DNA of 64,000 nucleotides from Lepidodermella squamata (taxonomy: Eukaryota; Animalia; Gastrotricha): NCBI GenBank assembly GCA_047495785.1, contig JBLDXI010000003.1, forward strand, positions 4,030,001 to 4,094,000. The letters run 5' to 3'. A program made the translations under genes and the position numbers. Below the pieces are notes generated by a model. It was not told where the DNA came from and did not search any database. It saw nothing but the letters and a program-made list of their open reading frames with translations. Shown one piece after another: positions 1-14,090 of the stretch. The first letter of the stretch is position 1, and each line of letters starts with the position of its first letter.

Positions 1-92
1 ATTATAAATCGCAATAAAACATTATATAACAGTAAACATCAGCTTTTCGACTCGCCGCACCCGCGCTCAGCGTGCTCATCTTCTCTGTGCCA

Positions 93-121
93 TCGTCGTC
101 GTCGTCGTCGTCGTCGTCGTC
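93..121. repeat. (TCG)n microsatellite
   Basis: About 9 perfect tcg units, followed by gcc/gct triplets. Confidence 0.85.
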
Positions 122-2791
122 TTCGCTGCCGCTGCCGCCGCCGCCACTGCTGTGCTTCTGCTCGCTCGTCTTAAGTCGCGCAGCGCCGGTCGCCGAATAA
201 TAATACAGCGTGCGCGCGCAGTTCCGCTATCTGCTCGGCCCCTGCTTTCCGCCCGCGTTGTCTCTGCGCTCGCCGTTGTTCGCGGCTGCGCTTGATCAGC
301 GGCCGATATACAGCTGCGGCTACGACGAAGGAAGACTACGGCGACGTCGGCAAAATAGCCTCTCCAATCATGTATATTATAATATTATTCGATTCGGCTC
401 ATAGTTTAAGCTGCACGGCGATGCGCAACACACGTCGCGCAGGCATTTTCGATTACGATTAGTATAAAAATAATAATTTGGCCAAGTAGCTTCGCGGAAA
501 CAGCTAACCGGCCCCGGCCAGCTAAATCGATCAGCTACAAAGTCGGCAGCAATTTAGCTTTTATATCTTTAATTACCTGCCTCGATTTTGACCAGTTATT
601 TCAACCCGATAGCGACACGCGCGCATACTTTCACGGCGCCTGGATGTCAAATAACTTGATTTTTTTCGATGCACTAGCACTTACGTTAATCATGTACCGG
701 CGCGCTATTTCTCGCATCATCCTCATCATCATCAAGTTTTGCGCGCAGCTAGTCGCGGATGACTTATTTCGCGCGCGAGTAAATCGTAGCCTATATCGAT
801 AAATGCGCGCCGCGTTATTATTGTCATGGGTAGACCGAGCAGATAAATACTCACACTCATTAGGTATAAATTAATGTCAACCTGTCGCCTGCTCGATGGC
901 GGCGCTTTGCTTTGCGGAAAAGGAATGCCGCGAAAACTGCACTAAAGCAACTTATCATAACGATATCGATTTTTAATTTCACTTTACTCTTCGCCATGTT
1001 CCTGTAAAAAAATTCAATTTTACCATATACATTTTGCAGTAAACAGATTGAATATTTACCCAGCTTTACGTTAATACGTTATATATTTCCCCTACCCAAT
1101 TCGTCATATCCATTTTGTCGTTCCCATTCGAGTTTACGTCGCACCGATGACTTTTCTTCTTATTATTGATATACAGAATAGTTGCATTCCTTATGGTGGT
1201 TATACATATGCGCACTGGCTCCATTGTCTCTACTGGGAATTTCGAACATAATTTTTAAAACTTGTCCCTACGCTGGCGAAGAACTGCTTCTTTTATACTG
1301 ATGAGCGCTTCCGCATCCAGGCGTGCATATCGGCGGATTACACAGTATATGGTCGCAATATTAATACAATATTATAATGATGCGAGCCATCACTTTGGCA
1401 GCGGGGATGCGCTCTAGTAGCGCCCGCTGTTCTCGAAATGGCTCTGATTTATATGCCAGTCGTGGGACGGGCGGCGGACGATGAGCTAGTGACGCGCGTT
1501 TTTACATTTCTGCGCGCATGCGACTCGATAAAAATTTGGAGCTGTGGTGACATTTTTCGGCCGTTTTGTCTATGAGCGCGCGCACTTTTTACTGCTGTCT
1601 TTGATTTTTCCTCTTCTTCTCTTCTCTGGTTTATTATCATTTAAGCGGCGGAATTTGCGCGCCAAACAGCGGGCGGCGCCCATCGCCGAATTTCACGGGC
1701 CGAAATTTCGTATGCTGGCGATGCGCTTGAGTAATAAAGTTTACTCGCGCGACACTGAGTGTTGTTGTAAAGATAATTATTATTAAGCTATTTGTTTGCG
1801 CTTTTCATGTCGAGCCGCAAGTGAAGAACAGCCGCGCGCAGATCTCAGGAGTTGAATTTCGCCGGTACTTGGCTGCTGGCGAGGACTAGTGGCTGATACT
1901 CTATTACAGTAATAGAATGCGCCGCAGAGAGGGAGGAGTGACGCACACGCGTGCCTAAAATATATCTCTCAAATTTTATGCACGCGCCTTGTATTGCGAT
2001 GATATCACAAAGACGGCACTAATGCGACAGTGTCATAACAAAAACTCGCAAAAATGTTTGTTGTGAGCGCGCGCTTCTTCAGCTGCTGTGATAATATTAA
2101 TAATAGTATAACAGCAAAACCGCGCCGACAACAAGTGATTTCCGGCAAAACCTATATTATCATATAAAAGTGAAAATTAGTCGATATATCTCTTGCAAAC
2201 ACAGCTGCTGCTGCTGCTGCTGTTCGATCCTAAGTTGATAGCGAAAAATATTGCGCACCATTTTTTGCTCGCGCGCTCAACTCCCTGAAGCATGAAATCG
2301 CGAGTGAGTTGATTTTTTGCTGCTGTTATTCTCCCAACAGATACCCGCCTCGCCATCGGTTTTTGTCTTGTCTTTTTTCGTAACGTTTTCACACGTATTT
2401 TATATAGGCTGAAATATTATGTTAATTTGAACCTCGAGTTGTTAAGTATCCACCCAGAAGGACTGGCAGTAATAAATGCAGGCATCAATCGGCGACGATA
2501 ACTTTTAGTAGCCATCGTCGTTTTTATTACTACAGCTACTTACAAGCTAGGACAATAATTTAAGCGCACACCTGGTCAATCGTGTGCGGTCTTATAACAC
2601 GAAAATAATTTCACGCGCTCATCGGCAGCAGCATTTGCGCGATATCTAATCACTCCGTGTGGTTTTCTATCGCTTGGAATCACGCAATTTTTTGTGTTCT
2701 CACAACTGCTGCTACAGCATCGTCACATCGGCTCGGCGACTATTCCTAATCTTCCAAAGTCCTAATTCCAAAGACACCGAAGAGCTAGAGA

Positions 2792-4487
2792 ATGGGAAAC
2801 AAGAAAAGCAAGGCGCTATCCAAGGAGGATATGGACTTTCTGCTCAAAAATACCAGTTTCACCAAAGAGCAAATTAAACAGTGGTACAAAGGATTCATGG
2901 TGAGCTTGAGGCTATGAAATTAATCGAATATTTCGTTAATTTGAACCCTTCCTATAGCGCGACTGTCCATCAGGTCAACTGAGCCGGAAAAAGTTTATGG
3001 AAGTTTACTCACAATTTTACCCGAATGGAGATGCAGAAAAGTTCTGTGAGCACGTATTCAGAACTTTCGATACAGACAACAGTGGGAAAATTGACTTCCG
3101 AGAGTTTCTTCAGGTAAGAAGCTTAATTTACCTTAAAATCTGCAGAATATTAGGTGACATTCTAATTGCTTCGTAGATTTTGAGTTTTTTAGTATAGGGC
3201 TGAATTATGATTTCATCTATCATCATTGTTTTTTTGTTATTGTTCCTCATTCTTTCAACCCCTGCGCCCGATGAATGATGATCTTCATCTATCAACGAAT
3301 GTTGAACTTAGGGCTTAGCCGTATGTTTTCAAAACATCGATACTAAACTTGTTGATGCAAGCGAAGTGGTTGATATGTCGTGAAATTTTTTCATGTTTCC
3401 CCTGTTGAACATTCATGGACAATTTTTGACATTTTATCAGTATTACCCGCCATCATGAATATTATACATCAATTTTTATCGAAAAATTATCAATTGTTTT
3501 GCTTGAACTCGCTAGCTGCGCCCTGATCTATTCAACAGGCATTTGCTATAGGACTGAAAAAAGCACAGGACAAATGCTCGCATCGCTTTTGAGTCAGCCA
3601 TTCGTCGGAATGGCTATATGCTAAAATTCAAAATGTCGCTTAATCAAAATAAGTAAAATCAAAAAATAAAACGGCCGAGTGTTAAATCATGTGTTGAAAA
3701 AATGATTTGTGAGAGGAGCAAGGTGCGCCTGATGCTAATTGGAGCACAATTGTGGACTATTTCGGACAACACACCCTAATTTCCGAATCTCTAAAATCAT
3801 CCTCCCGATTTTTATCGAAAACTAAAAAACACCGCCACAGCGCAAACCTGTTCACGCTCACGAATCATTTTCAATTCCGATCCTTTTGTGTTAACACTCG
3901 GCAATATATTGTTACAAGGCAATATTATAGCACAAATTTGCAGCAATCTTTTTTTACATCGATATATATCGCTCCATGTTTCCCTATTAGCCGTAAATGA
4001 TGCCAAACCGTGCTAACAAGATTTCTCGAACTTTTTGTTTTTGTTACTTGAACAACGAAATACAGGCCATCAACATCACATCAGCTGGAAAGCCGGAGGA
4101 CAAGCTGAACTGGGCCTTCAGCATGTACGACATTGACGGCAATGGCACCATTGAGAAACATGAAATGCTCGAAATTATCCGTGCCATCTACAAAATGGTC
4201 GGTGATGCAGTTGAACTCACGTAAGCCTTGTTGCTAAATGTCTCTTGCTTATATACAATTTTCTAAAAAATTCAGAGCCGATGACAATCCTGAGGCGCGA
4301 ACGAAAGAGATTTTCGATAAAATGGATCAGAATAAAGACGGCGTGTTAACCAGAGATGGTAAAATAAGAAAAAAATGCGCATTAAATTTTTATAAAATTC
4401 TTGAAATTTTCAGAATTTATCAACGGTTGCCTCAAGGACGATCAATTGCGGCGGATGCTGACAGCCGAAGCAGATCCAACCGAGTGA
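2792..4487 (+). CDS. Neuronal calcium sensor family protein (NCS-2/neurocalcin-like), 5 coding exons
   Basis: Exons 2792-2899, 2958-3113, 4066-4220, 4276-4358 and 4414-4487 join in frame through GT-AG introns. The product has a myristoylation-type start MGNKKSK, the motif WYKGFMRDCPSG, EF-hand loops [24 protein letters not shown] and [12 protein letters not shown], and [12 protein letters not shown]. Confidence 0.93.
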
Positions 4488-5641
4488 TGTCGAGCTAATC
4501 GCCTTCACTCACCCGGCTTTTATCGAGAATGTTGAACGGACGAACTGCCACTGGTCTTCTCTCAAACGTCTTTTTATATAAACTCAGCAGCAGCAGGCTC
4601 TTTTAAAGTTGACTCGTTATAATTTAAGGCGCTAAAAAACATGACCTGATTTTTTAGGAAATATTCTATTTGTAAATTTATGTCACTAATTTACTACTTC
4701 GTTCCAGTGCCTTATACATGAGGATAAATCATCACTTATGGGCCGTATCTTTTTTCGTTTCATCTGATGAAAAAACCCGTTGGTTCGTTCTGTCTACGCG
4801 CCTTCTCTCCTGCTGTCTTTGCTTGTTGATCTGGAATAATTTTGAAGACATATTTAGAAAAATTATGGCTAATAATCTCAAAGCGGCAAATTTTTTATGT
4901 ATAATTTTAAGTGAAATACAAACAGCCCTTCTTTTGCTCCTCTTCCGGATCAAATGATGATCACTTCGCCAGTTGTTAAGGTTGTAATAGACTAGGCATC
5001 CCACGACCATTGAGTTAGCTTTGAGATGTGGGATTTAGCGACCTGAGATTTTGTTACGAAATTTACCACCCTTAATATATTAGATTTAGTTCCTTATCTC
5101 TCTGTGTTTTTTCTCATTTCTCTCGCGTCTTCAGATTTTCGATTGTCAGAAAGGTGTGCTTTGAAACTGCAGTATAAATACGGAAAGACTCAGTGTAATC
5201 GATTTTTTATTCATTGTCATTTTTAGGCGTAGAAAAATCGGGTATGTGCTATAATTCAACTTACGGAAATCTATGTTACATTTTATGTTTTGTCCAAGTC
5301 ATTACTTTAAATGGAAGCCAAACATATTTGTGCACGCAATCAACATCTACTATATAATTATAATTAAAAAATTATTTATCTATAAAAAAATATATATCTA
5401 TAAAATGTCTTATTCGGCTAATCTCATCTTGAAATTGACTACAAATAAATAAAGGAAAATGCCTCGAGCTTGATCGATAAATGCGTCGTTTTCTCAAAAA
5501 AAAATATTCCATTTTACAGTGGATGTTTCATCATCCAGGAATCATCCAGCCTCAACACTTCATTTATGACTGTCGAGTCATCACCGCCACACTAAAAGAC
5601 CAAAAAATCACACCTATGTGCTACCTGAAGATGAAACACTC

Positions 5642-7010
5642 ATGAAGTTAGCTGGCAATTACGAAATAACCAACTTTGACGAGCCATTCTTTGAGAGAAT
5701 GAAGAAGCCAACCATTAGGATTTACTTGTACGAAAGGACGTTTTTCTTTGCTGGTGAAGAACTACACGGCCTTGCCCGTCTCAGTCCAATTAGGATCGTC
5801 GATATTGTCAAGCCGATCCATATCCGATTGAAAGGTGTCATCACTGCGACGAATGATTCGGCGACTTTCGAGAGGGAATGTCTCCGTATGAGTGTTTACA
5901 TAAATGCGGCAACAGGTATAGCACCAAGTTTCCAAAGCAAATTTTCATCGATATTCTGAACTATTGCAGGTTATGAAAAGCGGCCTGATGTGTATTATTA
6001 TGACTTCAAATTTCAACTCCCTCATACGTAATTTGAACTTCCAAAATAATATTGATTTATTCAGCTTCGGTTTCAGCTTGCCACCTACTATCAACCACCC
6101 TGTGGCCGATACAACAATTACGTATACTCTGAAGCTAGAAACTGAGATTCAACATGGGTTGCGGACAACCGAGACCGTTCAATCTGAGATGGACATAGCC
6201 CTGCGCCGCGTTATTCACGTTCACGACCCGCAGTTTCTGGTGCCGATCGAAAGATCTTGTGAAGGTTCAGCGACTGGTTGCTGCATTGCGGCAGGCAGGT
6301 ACTCGGTCGATACGCGCATAGAATCAACTGCCTATACACCAGGTATAAGATTTGGACTGATTTATCCAGCCATTCAAGTTCCGTTTCAGGCGAATCTGTC
6401 GTACTAACTGTGCATCTGAAAAATGAAACCAACAGGAAAGCGAGACCGTACATCAACTTAGTCCAAAGGGCTCGAAGTTTGATTGCTTCATCTTTTAATC
6501 ATTCATTTTGCGAATTTTTCTCCAGATCCTTACTGCTTGGATTTTGAGGAATTCGAGTTCCCGATGCCTCTGTATGGAGAATATCGTAATGCTTATGTAG
6601 CTGCGAGAAGCGAAGAAAAGTGGAACTCGGTTCTGGTGCATCTTCCTTCTGACTGTGTCGAATCTTTCTCTTACCCTGTCGAGCAGCCATTTTTCAAAGT
6701 CCTTTACTTCATCGAAGTGGGCCTGACTGGGTCATTCGGCAAAACGGGAGCGCGTCTTCCCATTCAAATCGGAACGGCGCCCTTCCATCGCAGCGAGGCG
6801 ATAACGAGTCCTAGAATGTCGGTCGCGAACGGGGACAATTTGAGCAATCCGGCTGCTATTAAAGCCCTGACACTGAAGCCCCCTGATGCCTGGTCGATGT
6901 ATAGCGGTGGCGCGGGGAGCGTCGCGCGCAGCAAATCAAGCACTCAGCGGCGAAGTGCTAAAAAAACAAGAAGCCTAAAAAGCGCCGACTCTGTCCCTAG
7001 TGACAATTGA
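5642..7010 (+). CDS. Arrestin domain-containing protein (alpha-arrestin), 5 exons
   Basis: ORF pieces join through four ~50-nt GT-AG introns. Arrestin-N motifs: FFAGEELHG...IHIRLKG, YDFKFQLP...LPPT...ITYTLK. Arrestin-C motifs: AYTPGESVVLTVHLKNET, VLYFIEV...LPIQIGT. The start codon is the first in-frame ATG and is uncertain. Confidence 0.75.
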
Positions 7011-7922
7011 CATTATTTTCTCCAAAATCGTGTCCTGATTTTGCGACTCGTAGTAAAACACGGCTGATCATAGATTCGCAATTTTTATTAAATTTTTAGT
7101 CTTGTGGTTATACAATGGCTTCTTCATTCTGCATAAATTCATGTCGCTTTCGTGTGGCCACGAATACAACAAAATTATTTTCATTTTTCCAAAAATTACC
7201 TCGTATTTACAGGATATTCAATCACCTTTTTGAACGCATAATAATTTCATCAGACGCGAGCACACATGAACGAAAACAGTCGTGCATGCGTGTTTAAATT
7301 GCAATTTATATTATAAAGGTTAGGTATACAAGGAGGCTGTTATAGAGAATAAACCTCTAGGCTGCTTTAAACGCACGGGGCTTGTGGAACCTCATTACGT
7401 CGACAAGTTTTCTCGTTATATCAAAAAACTCTGCGTTAAAAATTCGGAATAGAAGCAACACGGGGCAAACTCGACTGACTAAACACGAATCACGTTGTAC
7501 AGAGCAGCTACTACAACAGTTTAGTAACGGAGAAAGATGGTCAGGTGCTTTCCCGCTTGAAAATACAAACAGCGACGACGAAACGATTGTGCAAAGGAAA
7601 TAACAGTGTGTGTGTGCGAGATAACAAGCTTCGTTTCATCATTATTTCCCGTCTGAGAGAGAAGAAAGATTGTGAGGTATTTTTTACTGCAGCAGTCAAC
7701 GAAACATTCAGTTAGCATCATCAAAACCTTCAACTAGGATAAAAGATCTGAACTAAAATGGTTATTAATTAGTTCAACAATATCACGATAGAAACTTAAA
7801 ATTTTCTTGTAGAATAATCTTATTTTAGTCTCCTGCGGCACAAGTTTTCAGCGTGAAGACATCGGAAAAATATCTCTGAATTAATTCTACATTTTTCCTC
7901 ATTATACATAAATTGGGTTTAA

Positions 7923-10127
7923 TCAGTCAGCATGGTGATAGCCGTTTTTCATCGGGGAACCGTCGACTGCCAGTCTGACTGCGCATAAATCACCAGAGCC
8001 GTTGCAAATGATTCGAGCCTTGGAGACGGGCACAGCTGGCGAGTGGGGCGAATTCGACGGCGACGGCGGGATGTAGACGTAGCTGCGACGATATCGCTCG
8101 TCGACTTTCTCCAGAACAAACACCCCGCTTTCGATGAAATTCGCCGCCACTGCCGATTCAAAGTCGATATTTTCGATAGGCGCCTTGCCGAAATTTGCTT
8201 GACGCCTGTCCAAGGCGGCAACTAGATCGGCCGGAGACACGCTTTGACGGCGAGCCAAACGGTTACGAACATCAGAATTTAATTTCTCCTGAAAAATTGA
8301 GTTTTAAAAATTCCTCCTTAATTTTTCAAATACTTACACATAAGCTGATGAAACGCGGGGAATTGACCTTGAGACGAATGGAAAACATGGCCGAAGCTAG
8401 GCCTGAGCCATAGGAAAAGAGCAGGAGACGAGGATCAGCAGCGAGCTGGTGGTCTAGATTAGCGGATTTGCCATTCGAATGATGGCCGTTCATCACATTT
8501 CGCGGATCGCTATCGCAGCAGTTGGCGAGAAACGACACGAGGCATGCGTACAGCGATGGCGTATACATATTGCCAACCTCGCGAGCCAGCCACAACGCTG
8601 GTGACGTGAGGCATTCGAAGTGCCGCCGGGCAACGGCTTGCAACTCGGCACTCGGCTGCAAATTCGGCTGCGACGACTCGGTGTGGCCGTTGAGCTGCGT
8701 CGCCGTGAAATCAGGCGATTTCTTCACAGCCGCTAGTTCTTCATCGCTCAGCCCTGCAGCAACACCTCGCTGGACGTCGGATAGAACGAGGCGAGAAAAC
8801 GCTTTTTCAACCAAACGAGTGTACGGCGAGTGGAATAACACGCCGCAAACGTCTTTCAGGCCGAATTCCGGGTGCTTCAGATGAACACCGGCCTTCGCCG
8901 CGTAACCTTCGTAGCAATGAATCGCTGCGTTAAGATAGGAGTTGACCGATAATAAGCCGTCGACAAGCGGGTACAGGGAAGACGGGTTCGGTTTGTAGAA
9001 GTCGTAGACGTGAGCTACGTAGAACGAGCGAAGGCGGGGTTCTAGCACCAGGGGAGCGTTAGGGCCCAGCAGCATTGCTACGGCACCCGCGCCACCGGTT
9101 GGCCGAGCCGGCCCGGCCGGGTATACGGCGACATCGCTAGCCACCACGACGGCGTAGCGGCCGTCCCACGACGCCGAGGTCAGCCAGTCGACTGCATTGA
9201 GCAACGCCTGGGTGCCGCCGAAGCAGGCTTGCACGGTATCGAGACCACAAATGTCGTGGTTCTCGCCGAACAGTTGCATAAGATAGGATTTGATCGATTT
9301 CGAGCGATCCACGCCACTCTCAGTCCCTACTTCAAGTCGACCAACCTAGCAAAATAAAAATGTTAACAGTAAATTATTGTTGAACAAGGCGAATTTATAT
9401 AAAGCAGGACCCCAGGAACCTATAAAACCAGCAATTTTAAAATAGCCCGGTGAGAATCGATTTTCTAAAAATACTTCAGATTTTCAATTTTTAGATCTCA
9501 ACGTTACAAATTTATTGGTATCGAGCGAGATTCCCTATCTAAAATGACCCCAAATAGAATCGAATGAAAATAAAGTGGAGAGTAAATTAAGGCGAACAAA
9601 TAAAATGGTAAATTATTTAAAAAAAAATACAATTGAAAAATTATTCGTATATTACCAATTTCTGGCCTCTTTGAAGTTAATTTTCTCGGTAATCCCGCTG
9701 GCTACCAGCCTTGTTTTTATGTAATTCGAATCTTTGTTCATCGGTCTTAAAAGCGTCATAAAAATAGCACGATGTCAAACATTTCGAAAACCCACTTTCA
9801 GTTTGCTAGCATTCAAATGTTCAGAAAAATTTCAAAAATTCAAAAATTCCTCCTTAAAATTTCGAAATATTGTATAATTTGATTTTAGCTTGTTATTCGA
9901 CTAACCTGGTCTGGTGAAATGCTGTTCTGTTCGAGTAGCCGCTTTGTAACAGTTAGTGCCATTGAAATGGCATCTTCACAGTCGGCACAAAAGCCCATTC
10001 GAAGCTGACCAAGACCTTTGGTGTATTTGCCCGCCGAGGCGCCGTCGTACTTCTCGAGATCAGTCTGCTCGACGAACTGGGTAGGAAAGTAGATTTCCAT
10101 GGCAAGAATGCCGACATCTTCGCCCAT
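7923..10127 (-). CDS. HMGCS: Hydroxymethylglutaryl-CoA synthase, 3 exons (~531 aa)
   Basis: Exons 10127-9906, 9345-8338 and 8288-7923, all phase 0. Motifs [30 protein letters not shown], catalytic [34 protein letters not shown] and FSYGSG. Confidence 0.96.
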
Positions 10128-10308
10128 CTTATCGGCAAAAAGTAAGAAGCTAACACAACAAAATCTAGAAAATGAGAAATCAGCACATGTAATTATGGCG
10201 ATTCCATCCGAGAATCGAGATAACGTTTTCTTATGATATTTTTTCAGCATATGTGCTACCACATGGTGAAATAGCAATATAATTGAACAGGATAAGGATT
10301 AAGCAAAT

Positions 10309-12972
10309 TTAGACCGCAGCCCCGAAACGAATGCCGAGACAAAGCAGAGCCAACTTGGCGCCGTCCTGCGACTTGGCAAAGGCGCGACACCCGACCTCTT
10401 CTAGCGTGCTCGCAATTTCCGACTGAGACGAATCAGACGATGTCAGCGTTGACCGCAGTAACCTAGCAACCGGTTCTGGCACTGTGCTCAGCAAATTCAA
10501 TGCATCGACAACCCGCGGCAGTAAACGTTCGGCATCTAACAAAAAACAGCGAATTTAGTCGAATTTTAAGGTGGATTTATTTTGTTTACTTGGTTGGGTA
10601 GATGGAGTCAAGTGGCGAGCCAGGAGATAAACAACCCGAGTTCGGATGAATTCGTCGAGTTCTCGCGAGATAACCGGCGCTAACACAGCCTTGCGAATCG
10701 CAAGTCGTTCAAACAACTGGGCGAACAGCACCGAGTCGACGCGAGCTGCGAGTCGCGAGCCAACGAGCCGGCGAAGAGCGGACGACCCTCCGAGGCCGAG
10801 GCGAAGTCGGTCGAGCAAATTGTGTAGAGCAATAGCGGCGCAGTGTGCTGTTGTGATGACGACATGCGACGACTGCTCCTCCGGCAGGTCGACGCCACTC
10901 TGCTCGCCGCGGGCGTGGTCTTCAGCCGCGGTGACACACGCTTTTGTCAGCTCCATTTCGAGGGCGCCCACTACGTCGTCGGCAAGTTCGCGAACGGCTC
11001 TGGCGAAGAGAGCCGCCTCGTCGGTGAAATCGCACGTCGCAGAAATCGATGCCTGCTCGGCGAGGCGTTTCGAAATTGCCGCGTTTTCGCCAACCGTTTC
11101 GCTGCTTTTGACAGGCGACGGCGGTTTATTAGATACGATATTAGTTGATATCGCTAGTGACTGACATGCGACGACAACTGGTCTGTGAATCCAGTCAACC
11201 GCGAGTGCGTCTTCAAGATGCCCCGCTGCAGCCAAGAGCGCCAGCCCACGAGATGATAGCGCATCTGAGGACCTAAAAAAATCAATAAAATCAACGATTG
11301 AGCTCAATTTCCACAAAACGTGCATTTACCTGCCAAGTTGAAGTAAACGAATACGGAAACCATCCACCAGCCCAAGCACCATGATTAAAAATTGACAGAA
11401 AGCCGGGGTTTCTTCCTTTTTGTTTTGCAAATGATAGACAGACATGATAACATCACACCGGTCTAGAAGCCCAGAAACCAAGGCGGCAAATTCGACAACG
11501 CAAGTCGGGGCAATGGAGATTTCTTTCGCGTTCGGTGTGTCACTGACAACTTTCTCGCTAATACTCAGCGCGTCAGATTTAGATAGAAAAGCATCGATTC
11601 TACTTAGAGCGAATCGCTTCTCAACCTCGAGCCAGCGGTCAAAAACAGCAGATGAAACAAGAATTCGAAGAGGGTCGATATCAACGTTGAAAGCGTTGTT
11701 TTTCGCCAAAAACGCGAATAAAGAATGGCGAAACAGCAATGTTTCATCAATCAAATGGGCGAAAATTGCGTCTGAATCGAGAATCGCCGGCAAATCCAGG
11801 CTCAATTTCTCCACCGATAGACGAACAATCACTGCAGCCCAGGAATTATACAGCGAATCTGCGGTTTCATCTCGATGTTGCCGATCCAACCCACTGCAAG
11901 CGTCGGTGAAAAGTGCCTTGACGAATGCTGAATTTGACTCCAGCCAAGAAAGAACTTGGGTGTGATACCATTCAGGGTGTTCGGGTGAATTCGTCGGCCT
12001 TTTACCGTAGAAATGGAACCGAAATCGGCGAGACATGGGCGCTGTTAGTTCCGAAATCAGAATATGTCCATAATCGCTCGGCTTCCCGATTTCGAGAAAC
12101 TCAGATGCAAAAGTGGACGATATTTCGATCGGTTCAGTCGGCTTCCACGTTGGAGGAGCTCTTAAATCTAGCAAAAGCCGAGTTGCCTCTACCAGGGGTT
12201 GCTGATCTAAAGGTAGCGGAGATTTGAGTAACTGCTTAGGGGGCGGTTGCATTGCTGTTGAAAACGGGTACTTGATCGCTTCCAGCTTAGAAGATAAATC
12301 TTTCGAAAAACGAGCAAGAAGTTGTTTAAACCAATATTCAGTTGCCGAAGTGACTGCGGCAACCAGATTACGACAGCTTGAATTTTGAATATTAATGGCG
12401 ATGTCTAACATCTCAAGGTAGGTACCGAGGGCAACTCGATCATCCCAGATCGCACCATTACCGCCGCCAATATTTCCTTTTCCACTGGAAGAAGCAGTCG
12501 CAATTGCAAACAATTTCTCTAGTTTTTGATCCAAACGCTTAACTGAGGATAGAGTTATGAAGTATATCGCCCGTCGGCTATCACCAGAAGTCATTTGCAA
12601 TGCGTCATTTACGGTTTTGAAGTCGTCCTCGTTAATCTTTGGACGATCATGCAAGGATTTACGGACTTCCTCGCACATTTTCAGAGCAGATTCATACGCG
12701 GCATGCTGCTGGGTAGCTATTGACTCGGCTTCGTGTTTCAAATTGGTCACCTCATCTACTACGTTTTTCCTATCTCGAGTGAGCCTATTTTTGGCGGCGA
12801 TAACGGTCTCCAATGATGCTACGTCGCCCTCAGCAAACAGTGAGTCGACCATAGCAATAATTTCAGCAGAGGAGACGTTGGATAACTTTTCGCTTACTTC
12901 CGTTTCGTCCATTGGGCTTTCTGCTCCACAGACTTGGATGTCGCCAGTTGAAATGACTTTTTCGTGCGACAT
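10309..12972 (-). CDS. RINT1: RAD50-interacting protein 1 / Tip20 homolog, 3 exons
   Basis: Exons 12972-11330, 11272-10590 and 10535-10309, with 57- and 54-nt GT-AG introns. Signature RFRFHFYGKRPTNSPEHPEWY, plus FAHLIDETLLF, FDRWLEVEK and FRIRLLQ. Confidence 0.88.
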
Positions 12973-13254
12973 TTGTTCTTCCGCAGATTAGAAGGTTTCT
13001 TCTTCAACAAATGTTGCTCGCGCCAATTAGCAGCAGGATCAACAGTCGCAAAATTCTTCTTTGACTTTGATTCGAGCGCGACTATCTTAATTTCGCCGTG
13101 CTTGGCAGATTTCATCAAATTTGTAACAATTCTATTTCAATCTGAGGGAAGTTTAATCAAAATAATATAATTAAATAATCAAGTTTCGAGTGATTGTCCA
13201 GAAGTCTAGAATTAATCTTCTGATAGCTTCATTGTCAACTGTCACACTGCCAGG

Positions 13255-14090
13255 TCAATTGGCTTTGAACCCATTTTTCTCTTCGCGTAACTTTCCCATG
13301 GCTGCAATCGGATCAGTACAACCCGTGTGCTTTTGGACCGGTTCAGTGTTAACACGCATGAATGGATTGGTCAACAGTTCTTCAGCAATCGATGACGGAA
13401 CAGTAAATTTACCAGATTCTCGAATTTTTGTGACCAATTCAACTTTTTTAGCAATGTCCGCGTTATTTGGTTCAACATGGCGGGCAAATTTCAAATTGCT
13501 TGCGGTATACTCATGGCCACAGAAAACTTTCGTCTCCTTCTTTAAAGACGCCAGTTTATCCATGAGGGCTGCATGCATTTGTTGAGCAGTACCCTCGAAG
13601 AATTTCCCGCACCCAGCGACAAATAAAGTATCCCCAGTGAATACGTTACTGTCGGCGTCGTTTGCAACGTGGTAGCAGATATGCCCACTGGTGTGACATG
13701 GGGTCGCCAAGCATTTAATAGTGAAGTCCCCGAGAGAGAAATGATCCCCATCCTTCACAATATTCGTGACTGCATCTACGCGTGAGTCACCGCCCAGAAT
13801 TGGGACGTCCGGTTTTAGCTCGTGGAATTTTTTGTTTCCACCAGCATGATCCCTGGTAGCAACAAATTGCACAGAACTATTTAAAAAGTCGCATATATTT
13901 ACCAGTGATGATGAGTTGTGAGAACATATTTCAGTTTCCAAGACGAGCCAATTTTCTCCAACTCTGCCAACAATTTGTCCGGCTCAACCGGGTCAACAAC
14001 TGCACAGACACCTTGTTTCTCGCAAGCGATAATGTACATGAAGTTATCTTCGAGAGCCAATACCGGCTTAACAAATAGGCTTTGGCTCAT
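13255..14090 (-). CDS. HAGH: Hydroxyacylglutathione hydrolase (glyoxalase II), 2 coding exons
   Basis: Exons 14090-13903 and 13852-13255 with a 50-nt intron splitting TTHHHW-DHAGGN. Other motifs: DNFMY, VVDP, TPCHTSGH, FTGDTLFVAGCG, CGHEYT, NPFMR. Confidence 0.95.

Noticed and set aside
6465-6525. Non-canonical intron donor in the arrestin gene
   Set aside because: A GT donor (cga a|gtttga) gives the correct phase; all introns I reconstructed are GT-AG.
8522-13585. Long plus-strand ORFs (120-173 aa) opposite HMGCS, RINT1 and HAGH
   Set aside because: These are antisense shadows of real coding exons.
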